Source: Octopus vulgaris (lineage: Eukaryota). From it: a DNA stretch of 64,000 nt. Under the pieces are notes generated by a model. It was not told where the DNA came from and did no database searches. It was given only the letters and a program-made list of their open reading frames with translations. How positions within the stretch are numbered: the stretch's first letter is position 1; every line of letters starts with the position of its first letter. Shown here piece after piece: positions 1 through 12,291 of the stretch. The position numbers were made by a program, and so were the translations under genes. The stretch spans positions 61,442,001 to 61,506,000 of the forward strand of contig OX597817.1 in assembly GCA_951406725.2 (NCBI GenBank), in the 5' to 3' direction.

Positions 1-81
1 GCCAGTTTAGTCGCCGACGACCCGACGATGCAACAGGTTGTACTGGGTTACATATTACCAGTAGCACTCGAAAGTGACCTG

Positions 82-115
82 ACATACATACATACATATA
101 TACATACATACATAT

Positions 116-146
<31 letters not shown>

Positions 147-233
147 CATACATACATACATACATACATACATACATACATACATACATACATACATACA
201 TACATACATACATACATACATACATACATACAT
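82..233. repeat. (TACA)n microsatellite
   Basis: direct reading. Confidence 0.95.
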
Positions 234-234
234 A

Positions 235-870
235 AGCTATCACCCACTTCATAAGCAGATGTCCGAAAATGACATCATGGCATTATCTACCGATGAAACA
301 TAACGTTGTAGCAAGGGCACTCTATAATGAAGTACGTCGGAAGAATAACCCCGAGGACAAAGAAACAAGAACCTACAATATGGTAGAAGCCATAGCCACT
401 TATAATAAAAAGGAATACTGGTGGAATGTTCCAGTGAAGACCTCAATAAAATGTAAGCACAACAAACATGAAATAATGATTTGGGATAGAGAAGAGAAAC
501 TGTGCACAGCTGTGGACATTAGCTGCCCAGTGGATGTTGACATAAAGCTGAAGATCAGTAAAAAAGAGTATAACTACACCTAACTATTGATAAATCTACA
601 GTTACTCTATCCAGACTACAAGTTCAGATTTATACCTTTATTTTTATTAATTATTGGGTCCCTGGGATGTGTAACACATTACCTAAATACTAATCTTGAG
701 AAATTAGGCCTCTCAAAACCAGAAAGGAGAAAGCTAATTCGAAGACTACAGATCCAATTCATTACTGGAACTGTAAAAATCTGTAAAACTTTCCAGAAGT
801 TTATCATTTAAATATATATGAGCATGTCTAGATATGCAACTATATGCATGAGAATACATACATAAAGCAA
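235..870 (+). mobile_element. 3' fragment of an R4/Dong-type (RLE) non-LTR retrotransposon
   Basis: ORFs 269-583 and 587-811 give YWWNVPVKTSIKCKHNKHEIMIWDREEKLCTAVDISCP...FIP..IIGSLG, a decayed PD-(D/E)xK RLE domain; flanked by (TACA)n; similar to 2400-2935. Confidence 0.75.
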
Positions 871-924
871 AACATTCAAATCTGCATACATACACACACA
901 CATACATACATTCATATATACATA

Positions 925-3060
925 AAGCCAGCAGATACAGTATTAAAAGCTGTTAACGAAATTGGTGATGAATATTTACAACAGTGTGATGAACCCACAA
1001 TCTGGCAGATTAACACCTGTCTATATGCGCTGGCTACAACTGTAGAAAATGATATTCAAAAAGTAAACAAAACCGAAATAACGAAGAAAGTACCATCGTG
1101 GGTTTTGAAGACAGAGAAAAAGAAAACTGGTTTACGGAAAACCATCAGTCATGTAACGATGCTTATTGCACGCAAACAGGCAAATCACTAAACGTTCCAC
1201 CAACAGAAAGTAAAGAAGGAGATAGAAAGGACACTCACTTGCAAGCTGATTACCCTAAATCAGAAGAGAATAACCGAGAGAAGAACAATAAACAGAAGAA
1301 TTTAACCACAACCAGCCAGCAGTATTCAGAGACATGAGAGGAGAAGCAGTGAACATCATGGAACCTCCTCCACGAGAAGACATAGATTCCTTCTAGAGGA
1401 ACATCTGGAATGAAGAGGAGTTTAACCGAGATGCTCGTAACTGGAAGAAATCCGAAGAAATTATTGCTCCTGCGTTACATCGAAGACATTGATGGTGAAA
1501 CTCTTGCAACTGTGAGCCAGAAACTCCAGGATGGAAAAGCACCTGAAAGAGAAGTTAACGTTCTACCAACCATATCTTATCAATCTGTACCAGCAAGCTC
1601 TCGTTGGGAACAGTAGCATACCACACTGGTTAGCTCTGGCAGAGACAAAACTGATCCTCAAATGCAGAACCACCCACATGGCAAACAACTACCGGCCAAT
1701 TGCATGCTATAACTTAATGTATAAGAGATATACAGCATGTTTAAACCTCTCCCTCCAGGACCATTGTGAAACCGATAACATTATCACAGCAGCACAAGCA
1801 GCTGAGAAGAAGGGAGTCTGGCGATGTGCTGAGCAATTATTAATCAACAAAAATGTGATGTCGGAGGTGTGCGAGTATAGGAGGAACCTATTTTCAATGT
1901 GGCTAAACTACAAGAAAGCCTTTAACTCTGTTCACCAGTCATGGATGCTAGAAACCTTTCAACTTGCTAAAATTCCAGTGAGCATAGTCAAAGCCATAGT
2001 TGACCTGAATTCATCGTAGGCCACCATCTTGAAATTAAACACAAAGAGTGACTGTATTATCACTGATATAATACGGTATCACAAAGGCATATTCCAAGGA
2101 GACAGCCTCTCTGTAATGCTGTTTATACTTTCTGTAAACCCCTTGTCATTCATGTTAAGGAAGTCTGAAGGATATCTCACTGGTTCACAAGGAAATACCA
2201 AAATTACACACTGTTTCTTTTTGGATGACTTAAAACTATATTCAAAGAATATGCACGTGCCTTGGCCTGGTTACAACATTCTTAAAGGATGTAGGTTTGG
2301 AGTTTGGTCAGCATAAATGTTGCTATGATTGTGAAAAGAGGGAAAACTGTAAACCAGGCTAGCAACGTCTCATCAATGACTTCATTGTTGTAACTACGAC
2401 ACTCTATAATGTAATCAGTCGGAAGGATAACCCCGAGGACAAAGAAATAGGAGCGAACAGTATGGCAGAAGCCATAGCCACTCACAATAAAATGGAGTAC
2501 TGGTGGAATGTCCCAGTGAAGACCTCAATAAAATGTAAGCATAAAAACGCCTGACATAGTGATTTGGGATAGAGAAGAGAAACTGTGTGCACAGTTGTGG
2601 ACATCAGCTGCCCAGCGGATGTTAACATAAAGCTGAAGATCAGTGAAAGAGAAAATACCTACACTGAACTATTAAAAAATATACAGTTACCCTATCCAGA
2701 TTACAAGTTCAGATTTATACCAGTAATTATTTGGGCACTAGAATATGTAACACACTCCCTAAATACTAACTTGAGAAATTAGGCTTCTCAAAACCAGAAA
2801 GGAGAAAGCTGGTTCGAAGACTACAGATCCAATCCATCACTGTGAAAATCTGGAACATTTTCCAGAAGTTTATCATTTAAGTATATATCAGCATGTCTAG
2901 ATATGCAACTATATGCATGAGAATACATACACAAAACATACAAATCTGCACACACATACATACGTAAGTACCCTGAAATTCAAACGAGGGGCTTTGGAAC
3001 TAGGTTAGGAGCAGGCTCTTTCTCTATTGGCAAGAAATCTTGAAATAAAACTGAATAATA
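925..3060 (+). mobile_element. Decayed R4/Dong-type LINE (RT + RLE), frameshifted and internally deleted
   Basis: RT motifs NYRPIACYNLMYK, WLNYKKAFNSV, KGIFQGDSLS, FFLDDLKLY; RLE region VVDISCP; ends in a short 3' UTR and (TACA)n. Confidence 0.8.
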
Positions 3061-3076
3061 ACATACATACATGCAT

Positions 3077-3195
3077 ACATACATACGTTCGAACTTACAT
3101 TTGTACATACATGTAAAAGTACATACATATATACATACATACGTTCGAACTTACATTTGTACATACATGTAAAAGTACATACATATATACATACA
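3077..3195. repeat. Two-copy 56-bp tandem duplication
   Basis: acgttcgaacttacatttgtacatacatgtaaaagt begins at 3085 and at 3141. Confidence 0.9.
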
Positions 3196-3439
3196 TGAAA
3201 CAGGAGCTGCGTAGCAACTCTCTCATTGACTCATTCTGTACATCGTGCATTAAACAGTAGAGTGTTGTTTGCGAAGATCTTAATCTTATTTCTATCAAGT
3301 CTCTTTGTAACGTAATGGCCTCTCTGGTTGTGTCATACAGATTTCCATGCATGAAAATATTTTGCTATAAGGGAGAAGTGCCAGCTATATCGATCTGGTC
3401 TTCATGAAGTATCTAGATTCCCGCTTAGACTCATACATA

Positions 3440-3531
3440 CGAGGGGTGTATGAAAAGTCTTGAGTCCCAAAGACACAAAACATGGTAAAAGACTTCTGAT
3501 GAAGGTACAAAACTTTTCATACACCCCCTCG
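3440..3531. mobile_element. Mariner-type MITE (~92 bp)
   Basis: TIRs CGAGGGGTGTATGAAAAGT / ACTTTTCATACACCCCCTCG (1-nt indel); TA on both sides (3438-3439, 3532-3533). Confidence 0.8.
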
Positions 3532-3647
3532 TAGGTAAAGATATTTGGTTGCTATTTCTAACTGGTTTGGATAACATATAAAGGCTACTATGTTGGCCCA
3601 TACAAATATATAAACATACTTAGAGAGTAGAGGGAATAAATTAATCC

Positions 3648-3860
3648 TTTCTACAATAGGCACAAGGCCTGGAATATGGGAGAGCGGACTAGTCGATCAC
3701 ATCGATCCCCAGTGCGTAACTGGTACTTATTTCATCGACTCCGAAAGTATGAAAGGCTAAGTCGACCTCGAGGGAATTTGAACTCAGTACGTAGCGGCAG
3801 ACGAAATACCGCAAAGTATTTTGCCCGGCGTGCTAGCGATTCTGCCAGCTCGCCGCCTTT
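3648..3860 (-). mobile_element. tRNA-derived SINE, family A
   Basis: Minus strand starts GGCGGCGAGCTGGCAGAATCG; B-box-like GAGTTCAAATTCC; core GCCTTTCAT..TCGATGAAATAAGTACCAG; many further copies in the window. Confidence 0.85.
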
Positions 3861-4539
3861 GAGAGAGAGAGAATAAAATAACGATCTGGGTACTGTTTCC
3901 TGAACTTCAAAACATCGAAATCCAGTGAGGGTTTTAAAAAAAGCTGCCATAGAAAAAAAAAGCTATAACAAGGTAAACAAATCAACGTCATCACTCGCTC
4001 TCTCTCTCATCCTCTCACTTTTACTATATATATCTCTCTCTCTCTCTCTCCTCCCATGTGTGTCTCTCATTTACTCTCTGAGGTTCAGTATTCCAGGGAG
4101 ACAACTGTTGCCTACCGTAGAGAGGACGTGAAACAAAGTCTAGACACTAAAATAGGAAGTAAAACAGAATTTGGTGTCAAGCAAATATATGTTCGAACAT
4201 ATATACGTGTGTGTGTGTGTGTGTGTGTAAAAGTGGTGACACTGGAAAAACAATAGAGGTGATGTAACGAGCTTCATTAGCTTACAACTGTTTCTGCTAT
4301 AAGATGCTGTAAACCAATGAAGATCATGACATAACCTTTATTTTTCCGGTGTCACCATTTTGTTTCTTCACACACACACACACACACACACACACCATTT
4401 AAATTTGTTTACGGGTAACGTTTTAAATATACAAACAAAGCTTCTATTCTATTATGCCGGCAAACGTCTAATGATCTTGACTAGTGGGCCAGTTATTCGG
4501 GGTTCCATTAAATCACACCTATATAATGTAGAATAAATA

Positions 4540-5603
4540 TGTAATGAACGACCGTACGTAAAGGAGTTGGTGACAGAAATGTCTCCTTTTAAACGCCGCA
4601 CTGTCGCCCTTACAAAAGAAGATTGCCAAATACATGATATAAAGAATATGAGTGCCAGTAAAGAACAAAGAGAAAAAACACAACCGTTCTAATACTTGAG
4701 AGAAAGATAGACTTTTATTTACAGATATGTACATAGTGATAAGAGCGTGTGTGAGCGCTAGCAGAGTGTAATGTCTGAGTGCGTGCGACAAGCGTGTCCG
4801 TTGTAAGTGAACAACAGTGCGTGCAACAAGTGTTTTGGTCTGTGTTCGTGTGTGTTATAAGAGTGAACATAAAGAACAAATAGAGAACAAATAGAAATGT
4901 CCAGACACAAGATAGAGATAAATACCAGTTCGTACAGGTACACAATAGCAGTTCGTTCTGTGTCAATGAAGTTGAGGCAAAGAGGATAGCAGTTACTACG
5001 CGTGTAGAAGTTGGGGCTTCGATCCATTTGCCAGGTTACATTGGTACAGATCTCCCAGGTAGTGCTGGACTGTTAACCTTGGTGAGTATACACAAACAGC
5101 GTGTAGGCTAAACCTGAGCGAGTTGTTGTGTACGTATCTGCGTTGGTGGAGACGACGCGAAGTTGAAGGGCGACGATAAGCTAAGGCGTCGGTGGTGATG
5201 ACGGCTTCAAAGTGAAGTCGACGATGGTGATGGCAACGGCAGAGAAGGGCGACGGTAGAGAAAAGTCCTGAGTTGCCGTATGTTGGTGTCGTCGCGGGAA
5301 CATGGCTGGGTCGCTGGAACTGGCTGGGCTGGTCTGGTCTGTCGCGGCTGCTACATGGTCAATGGTCAGAGACCAAAGACCTCGATTCACTGGATCGCTG
5401 TGTTTTTTATAACATTCTAGAGGCTCCAGAAGAAAACCCAAAAGACTGTGTCACATGATCTTATTGGAAGGTTCTGATTGGTTGGTTCACACATTGACGC
5501 GAAATAAGTCAAGAGACAAACTGTGTCAATGCCAACCAATCAGAGCAGTGGACACAACAGGGTCCAAATAGCGGCCAAAAGTTAACTGTCATCTGCTACG
5601 ACA
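4540..5603 (-). mobile_element. Probable solo LTR
   Basis: TGT...ACA ends; on minus strand CCAAT boxes (5463-5481, 5536-5540), TATAAAA (5405-5411), AATAAA (4714-4719) in U3-R-U5 order; no TSD found. Confidence 0.45.
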
Positions 5604-6279
5604 TTATTTGGACTGCATATCTCAGAGAGCGCGGATGCATTCCACCAACGCTACAAATATAATAATAACAATAATCCTAGGATGGAATTTATAAACATTT
5701 AATGCATCGCCACGCGCGTTTCCATACATCACATGATTTTAAAGATCACAGTCTGTATTCCTAGGATGATTACAGTGCAGTCCGTAGTATCCGTTGGTAT
5801 CGAGTTGATCATCATCATTGATTCATTTCATCAGGCGATATAACATTAGTGGATGAGCCACGGAAAATGTTTTTCTCTTTTTACCAGTACGAAAATCAAA
5901 CAAGTTATGTGGGCATTTCTGTGTGTATTTGGTGGGGGAAGAGGAGAAGGTGATGGGAATAGAGGAAGGAATATTAGTTATATTGGGTTGCTGGTGTGTT
6001 TGTGTGGTGGTGGTGGTGGATTTATTTTGGTATTCATTCAGCAGATATTAAGGATGGGTGGTACATTCTTTTGTTTGGTATCATTTAAGGTACGACTCAT
6101 CTTCAATTAATTCAGAACTCAACAGGTGGTCGAGTACTGCTACTATGCTGTGGAGTTTGTTGACTGGATTGATAAATGCTACTTTCTTGTGGTGGCCTTT
6201 TCATTGTTTTTGTTGGTATAGTGCTTTGCATCTCAAATATTGGTTGGTTTGTTTATTTGTTCGGGTTACTTCCATCATA

Positions 6280-6600
6280 TTCCCATGTTTACATGATATG
6301 ATCAGCTCAGAGTGCCTATCTATCACGTCTTCCCTGGATGTTATTATTTCCAGGGTTTCTTCTAGGGCGTAGGTTGCATACCCGTAATGTTCCGTTATAT
6401 AGTACAGCCCTTTTTATAATGGACCAGTGGATCGAATGTTCCACTCCATTCTGTTTTAGTCTCCAGACGAGGTTCGATAGAGATGTAGAATGTCTTTTAT
6501 TTAATTCGAAAATGATGAGAGAGATGTATGTATATGTTGGTTTTGGTATTATTGGACTTAATCCTTTTGATTTGACGATATAAAAGTTAAAAGTTCGAGG
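6280..6600 (-). mobile_element. Penelope-like GIY-YIG C-terminal remnant
   Basis: Minus translation STSLSNLVWRLKQNGVEHSIHWSIIKRAVLYNGTLRVCNL...RHSELIISCKH resembles the PLE endonuclease tail. Confidence 0.6.
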
Positions 6601-6808
6601 TTCAGTAATTAACCCTCAGTAATTAGATGTGTGAAATTTTTTTCAGAAAAATAATGTAGGCCGATAGGTGGTAAGATTAGGCTGGTCCTGCCTTTACTTG
6701 TTGTTGTTGTTGTTGTTATTTAGGATATTTCCTGCTTCCGTTTGTAAGATTGGTGGTTGTTAGGTATGTCGTGGTTATATATATATTGTGTGTGTGTATA
6801 AACATATA

Positions 6809-6865
<57 letters not shown>

Positions 6866-6868
<3 letters not shown>

Positions 6869-7040
6869 AGAGTTTACGAAAAAAACAAAAGACGAAGACG
6901 GGTGGTGTAGAAAACAAACAGATGTATTAGTATAACGCCCAGTCTTATACGTTTCGAGCCTACGCTTTTCTACAGAAAGGGACACAGAAAGGGACACAAG
7001 GAGAGAAAAAAATGTGTGTAGTGGCTAACGATGGCGACTG
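6866..7040 (-). mobile_element. Penelope pseudo-LTR-like fragment with minimal HHR (6942-6980)
   Basis: Minus: CTGTAGA-AAAGCGTAGGCTC-GAAACGTA; flanked by (TA)n; related to 23590-23672. Confidence 0.55.
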
Positions 7041-7047
7041 ATATATA

Positions 7048-7885
7048 TATACTTGCTGCGTGTATACTCTGCGATGACAACTCTCACGCCGGACTTCTTT
7101 CTGATGATCTCGCTACTTATGTGCTCTCTCAACGAGATACCAAGCATTGACCTTTCCATGGCTCTTTGAGCCGTTACCAGTCTTTGCTCTCCTCTCTTTG
7201 TGGTAGCCCATGTTCCACTACCATATAACATTGCAGGCAGAACTGCACTGTTAATGAGGTTGGCGCGGGTGGTCCTGTCCAACCTTCCCTTGAGCACATC
7301 CCTTATGCCATTGAACGCCTTCCATCCGGCCCTTACTCTCCGTGAGATCTCCTTTTCGATATCTCGGCACATATTTACTTCCTGTCTCAGGTAGACCATT
7401 CGACCTGTTGGTACGTTGTCTGACCGCAGGAACTTTGTTTTCATGCGGTTCATCTTGAGACCTACTGCAGAGCTTTTGATGTCGAGCTCCGTCAGCATGG
7501 TCTGAAGCTGATCCGTGTTTTCAGCCATGAGTACGATGTCGTCAGCGAAACGGAGGTGGATGAGGAGCTCGCCATTGATGTTGACACCACCTTGCCAGTC
7601 GATGCCTCTGATGATCTGTTCGAGACATGCAGCAAGTATAGATGGGCTGGACACGTCGCCCGGCTCACCGATAATCGGTGGACACACGCAGTTGTCGAGT
7701 GGTACCCGCGCGAGCGGAAAATACCACTCGGGAGACCTCCACGACGGTTGAGTTACGATTTCAGGAGGACGATTGGGATCACGTGGATGAGAAAGGCGCG
7801 ATCCAGAGAGGAGTGGACAGCGTACTGTGACCAGCGGTGTCAAATGGACGCCTGACGGACTGGCCGGTCAAGGTGATCAAGGTGA
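7048..7885 (+). mobile_element. RTE-clade LINE 3' portion with 5' inversion
   Basis: 7048-7640 minus encodes LRFADDIVL...MLYGSGTW...YTRSKY; 7629-7885 plus continues SKYRWAGHVAR...GRPPRR and ends in (TCAAGGTGA)2. Confidence 0.85.
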
Positions 7886-8715
7886 TATATATATATGTAT
7901 ATACCTTCCAATATAATCAACCGGAAATATTGGGTAACTTTTTAACATGAAATCATTTGCGTCCAACGGCGTTAAGAACGGAGGGCTACCGAAACGATTG
8001 TAACTAGTGCTAAGCATGTTCCTCGTGTTCTTATTTGGATTGTATATATATATATATATATAAATGTACATGTGTGTGTGTGTACGCATGTATTCCGTAG
8101 CTATCTACCTTATACATTCCTCTGAATTAGTAGAATAACTCTTGCCTACCACAGACTGAGACAATGAGCAAAGATTATCACGGAATCACTGATAATTTTG
8201 CTAGATCTCTTGTAATAGCAATCTCAAATGATACACAATAAAAACATCCTTAACGAAATGGCTGCGTCTTCTGCTTCCTGAAATATACGAACGTGTTTGC
8301 ACGTGGGTGTGTACATCTGTGTGTGCGTGTGCATGAGTTTGCGTGTGCGCGCGCGCGTGTGGTGGAAGTGTTATGTGTAAAATAGAAACTGTTACAAACA
8401 TCACGCGCAGACGTAGACACACGCTTCTATATGTACATAAAAATAATGGTGACTGGGGCTTAATCTCCAGGGACGCCTGCTCCATGTTAACTTAATTGTA
8501 TACTGGGCGCTAGCAAAAATAGACGTGTGTGTGTATGCATACATGTACATATATGCATGTGTGTATATATATGTACATATATATATATACACACACACTG
8601 TCTGCCTAAATATACAAAACACATATGTGTAAGCACAAGCACGTGTGTTTATTTTACTCATATGTACATAGGAAATAGTATTGTGTATACACAGGCACAC
8701 CCTGGTATATATATT

Positions 8716-8845
8716 TAGCGGTATTTCGTCTGTCTTTATGTTCTGAGTTCAAATTCCGCCGAGGTCGACTTTGTCTTTCATCCTTTCGGGATCGATGAAT
8801 TAAGTACCAGTTGCGTACTGGGGTTGATCTAGAGTAGAAAAGATC
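8716..8845 (+). mobile_element. SINE family A, partial
   Basis: GAGTTCAAATTCCGCCGAGGTCGAC...AAGTACCAG. Confidence 0.8.
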
Positions 8846-8888
<43 letters not shown>

Positions 8889-9099
8889 CATAAATAAACG
8901 ACCCCGTACCGTCAAAGCCGAACAGCTATCTGTTCCACTCCAACGAAGCACATGGGGAGGTTTACATATAATACATCCGGTAAATGGCAGGCTTCTTCGA
9001 ATTGCATTTCGGATAGGAAAAGTTTTTTCGTTGGAGTGGAACAGATAGCTGTTCGGCTTTGACGGTACGGGGTCGTTTATTTATGATATGTTCAGAATC

Positions 9100-9161
9100 A
9101 GTCTTGCTGATGAGTACGGTCGCAACTGCGGTAAGTACGAAATCACAGGTGATACAAGACT
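9100..9161 (+). ncRNA. Type I hammerhead ribozyme
   Basis: Stem I AGTCTTG/CAAGACT, core CTGATGA, stem II GTAC/GTAC with CGCA-AC-TGCG extension, GAAA, stem III TCAC-AG-GTGA, cleavage triplet AUA. Confidence 0.9.
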
Positions 9162-9578
9162 AAATTCATTTTTTAAATGTTTTGCTTTGAAAAATTGCAT
9201 TGGGTATGATTAGTAAAATTTTTTGGTAGAAATGACAAATGTCCCTCTTAGCGTGTGGCATGTATGTGTAATAATGCCCTCTATATATAAATTAATATGT
9301 TCAATAAGAAAGAATTATTTTCGAAATTTTTCTCTTATGAGATTTTTCACGCTATCTACCTGATAATTTCTTGTTAAGATTCCTTATTAAGAAGTTATCC
9401 TTAATTGTTAAATAATTTTATTCCGAAAAACTTTTCCTACACGAAATGCAATTCGAAGAAGCCTGCCATTTACCGGATGTATTATATGTAAACCTCCCCA
9501 TGTGCTTCGTTGGAGTGGAACAGATAGCTGTTCGGCTTTGACGGTACGGGGTCGTTTATTTATGATATGTTCAGAATC

Positions 9579-9640
9579 AGCCTTGCTGATGAGTACGGTC
9601 GCAACTGCGGTAAGTACGAAATCACAGGTGATACAAGACT
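9579..9640 (+). ncRNA. Type I hammerhead ribozyme, second tandem copy
   Basis: Same as 9100-9161 with one stem I mismatch (AGCCTTG). Confidence 0.85.
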
Positions 9641-9770
9641 AAATTCATTTTTTAAATGTTTTGCTTTGAAAAATTGCATTGGGTATGATTAGTAAAATTT
9701 TTTGGTAGAAATGACAAATGTCCCTCTTAGCGTGTGGCATGTATGTGTAATAATGCCCTCTATATATAAA

Positions 9771-9821
<51 letters not shown>

Positions 9822-9822
9822 T

Positions 9823-9854
<32 letters not shown>

Positions 9855-9861
9855 TGTATGT

Positions 9862-11042
9862 ATTATATGTAGAAAAATACAAACTGGGACAAGAACGTAA
9901 AACATTTAGAAGACGATACAAAAAACACGGACGGAACATTCGAAGCCTTCAATCTTCAGTCAAGAACCGGATCATCCTAGCAATTTCGGCTGATTAATCT
10001 TGAGATCGCTCCGATCCGGCCAACCCCAAGGAATAACTATATATATATATACATATATATACATACATAAGGCCAAAGAGGGTACGGACGCCGCTATATA
10101 TATTATATGTAGAAAAATACAAACTGGGACAAGAACGTAAAACATTTAGAAGACGATACAAAAAAACACGAACCCTTCAATCTTCAGTCAAGAACCGGAT
10201 CGTCCTAGCAATTTCGGCTGATTAAGCTTGAGATCGCTCCGATCCGGCCAGCCCCAAGGAATAACTAAGCTACGAGCATTAGATTTCTTGGAAAAAGGAT
10301 CGAATGTATACGAAACAGGGACAGAAAAACGGACGCTATTTTCTTGCCTCTGATTCTTTGGTCTACTCTTCCCCACACTCACTCTTTTCTCTGTCTTTCT
10401 CACTTTGCACTCGCTGATTCTTTCACCAAGCCAATCCTTGGCACGCTCTCTTTCTTCTCCCCTCTTCAATTCCTTCTTTCTCTCTCTTCTCCCCCCTTTG
10501 GTGCCTTCGTCCCTCTTTTTCTCTCTCTCTTTGATTCCTTTGCCCCTTTTTTCTCTCTCTTCTCCTCTCACGTGACCGCTGGTCAACCAGCCTTTCAGCT
10601 TCTAACCAGCGCCCTGAGAACATCGTTGTCTTCGTCTGCCGAAAAAGGCATTTTTTTCCAAAATACGCCAGCTAAACTAAGTTGTACTGTCTATTAGTCG
10701 TAAGACACCCGCTGTTTTTGTCCTGTTTTTACTATTATTGTTTTTTGTATTTTATATTCGTGCGGCATCGTCCGTTTTTTTTTTTTTTTGTCCCTGTTTC
10801 GTATACATTCGATCCTTTTTCCAAGAAATCTAATGCTCGTAGCTTAGTTATTCCTTGGGGCTGGCCGGATCGGAGCGATCTCAAGCTTAATCAGCCGAAA
10901 TTGCTAGGACGATCCGGTTCTTGACTGAAGATTGAAGGGTTCGTGTTTTTTGTATCGTCTTCTAAATGTTTTACGTTCTTGTCCCAGTTTGTATTTTTCT
11001 ACATATAATATATATAGCGGCGTCCGTACCCTCTTTGGCCTT
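9862..11042. mobile_element. Penelope-type repeat cluster, three related copies; 10070-10335 and ~10790-11042 form an inverted repeat
   Basis: Identical peptides at the ends of ORFs 10188-10586(-) and 10682-10924(+) reflect the IR; (TA)n flanks. Confidence 0.7.
10865..10941 (+). ncRNA. Putative non-circularly permuted hammerhead (also 9944-10019 and 10171-10247 on minus)
   Basis: AGCGAT-C-TCAAG ... AGCC-GAAA-TTGCT ... CTTGA-CTGAAGA-ttgaag-GGTT: all three stems can form but strand order is C-B-A. Confidence 0.6.
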
Positions 11043-11059
11043 ATGTATGTATATATATG

Positions 11060-11181
<122 letters not shown>

Positions 11182-11592
11182 GGGAAAATTAATTTCCAAA
11201 CCAATCAAGTACAACCCTTCAGCATTACATGCATCTGCGTATCGTACCTCGAGGTCTTGTTTATCATATATTTATATATTTATCTATAAATAAATAAAGT
11301 ATCTAATAGTCAATAGTAATTCAATTTTAGCGGGGAATTAATGTATATGCGGGTATTTTATTTCAGATAATACGAAAAAAAATAACCTAATGAGTATATC
11401 TGAAAGTAAACTCGTGGTTTCCATTTGCATATCACGAAATAATACTTAAAGAACATAACTATTATACCTGCAGGGTATATACTGTACTTCCTTAATTATC
11501 CCCTACTTTAGTTAACTCTAGATTAATTAGATATGAAGGTTCTACACGTGTTTCAGTATTGTAAGATTACAATATATATACATACACAATTG

Positions 11593-11684
<92 letters not shown>

Positions 11685-11688
<4 letters not shown>

Positions 11689-12042
11689 CAATTCAAGATC
11701 ACAACATACATGCACACTGCAACATAATTTCTTTTCCTCAACAGGCCCTGCCCTATTTAACATTGTCCCGAGGGAGATCAAAGAGGAAAAGGATCCCATC
11801 AACTTTAAACAGAGTCTGGATAGATTCCTTCAAAGAATACCAGATAAGCCACCCATAATTGGATACAACTCACCCAACAAGAACTCACTACTTGAACAAA
11901 ACTGGATACAACTCACCCAACAAGAACTCACTACTTGAACAAAACTTGACTTAAACAGGATTCGAATAATCCTATCAGGTGGTGCTATTAAGTTAGACAT
12001 GGCCTGGACCAATCTTTGGTCGAAACATATCTAAGTCTAAGT
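11685..12042 (+). mobile_element. 3' end of a CR1-group LINE (second family) with a 43-bp tandem duplication
   Basis: [13 protein letters not shown]...[16 protein letters not shown]; tail GGTGGTGCTATTAAGTTAGACATGGCC...GAAAC then (TCTAAG)2; duplication at 11861/11904. Confidence 0.75.
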
Positions 12043-12048
12043 TTATAT

Positions 12049-12111
<63 letters not shown>

Positions 12112-12291
12112 TGCAATCATCAGATTTATAATTATTCCAACACATCTTTAAGTTCTTTTTCAAAATATTATAAATCTAATTTTTCACCCCTTTAAAAAAT
12201 AAGCAATAAAATTAAGCATTAAAGATTAAAATAAAAAATTAAAATTATACTTTGTAATATCAAGAATTAAAATTTATAAATTATACATTAT

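Larger units (their letters stand above)
8885..9776 (+). mobile_element. Non-coding Penelope-type / retrozyme-like cassette: inverted leader plus 479-bp tandem units
   Basis: 9028-9297 repeats at 9507-9776 (period 479); 8885-9027 is the reverse complement of ~9425-9568; (TA)n on both flanks. Confidence 0.8.

Noticed and set aside
11205-11255. Minus-strand GTAC-GATA-CGCA...CTGAAGG HHR-like string
   Set aside because: Both core segments are mutated and stem I is undefined.
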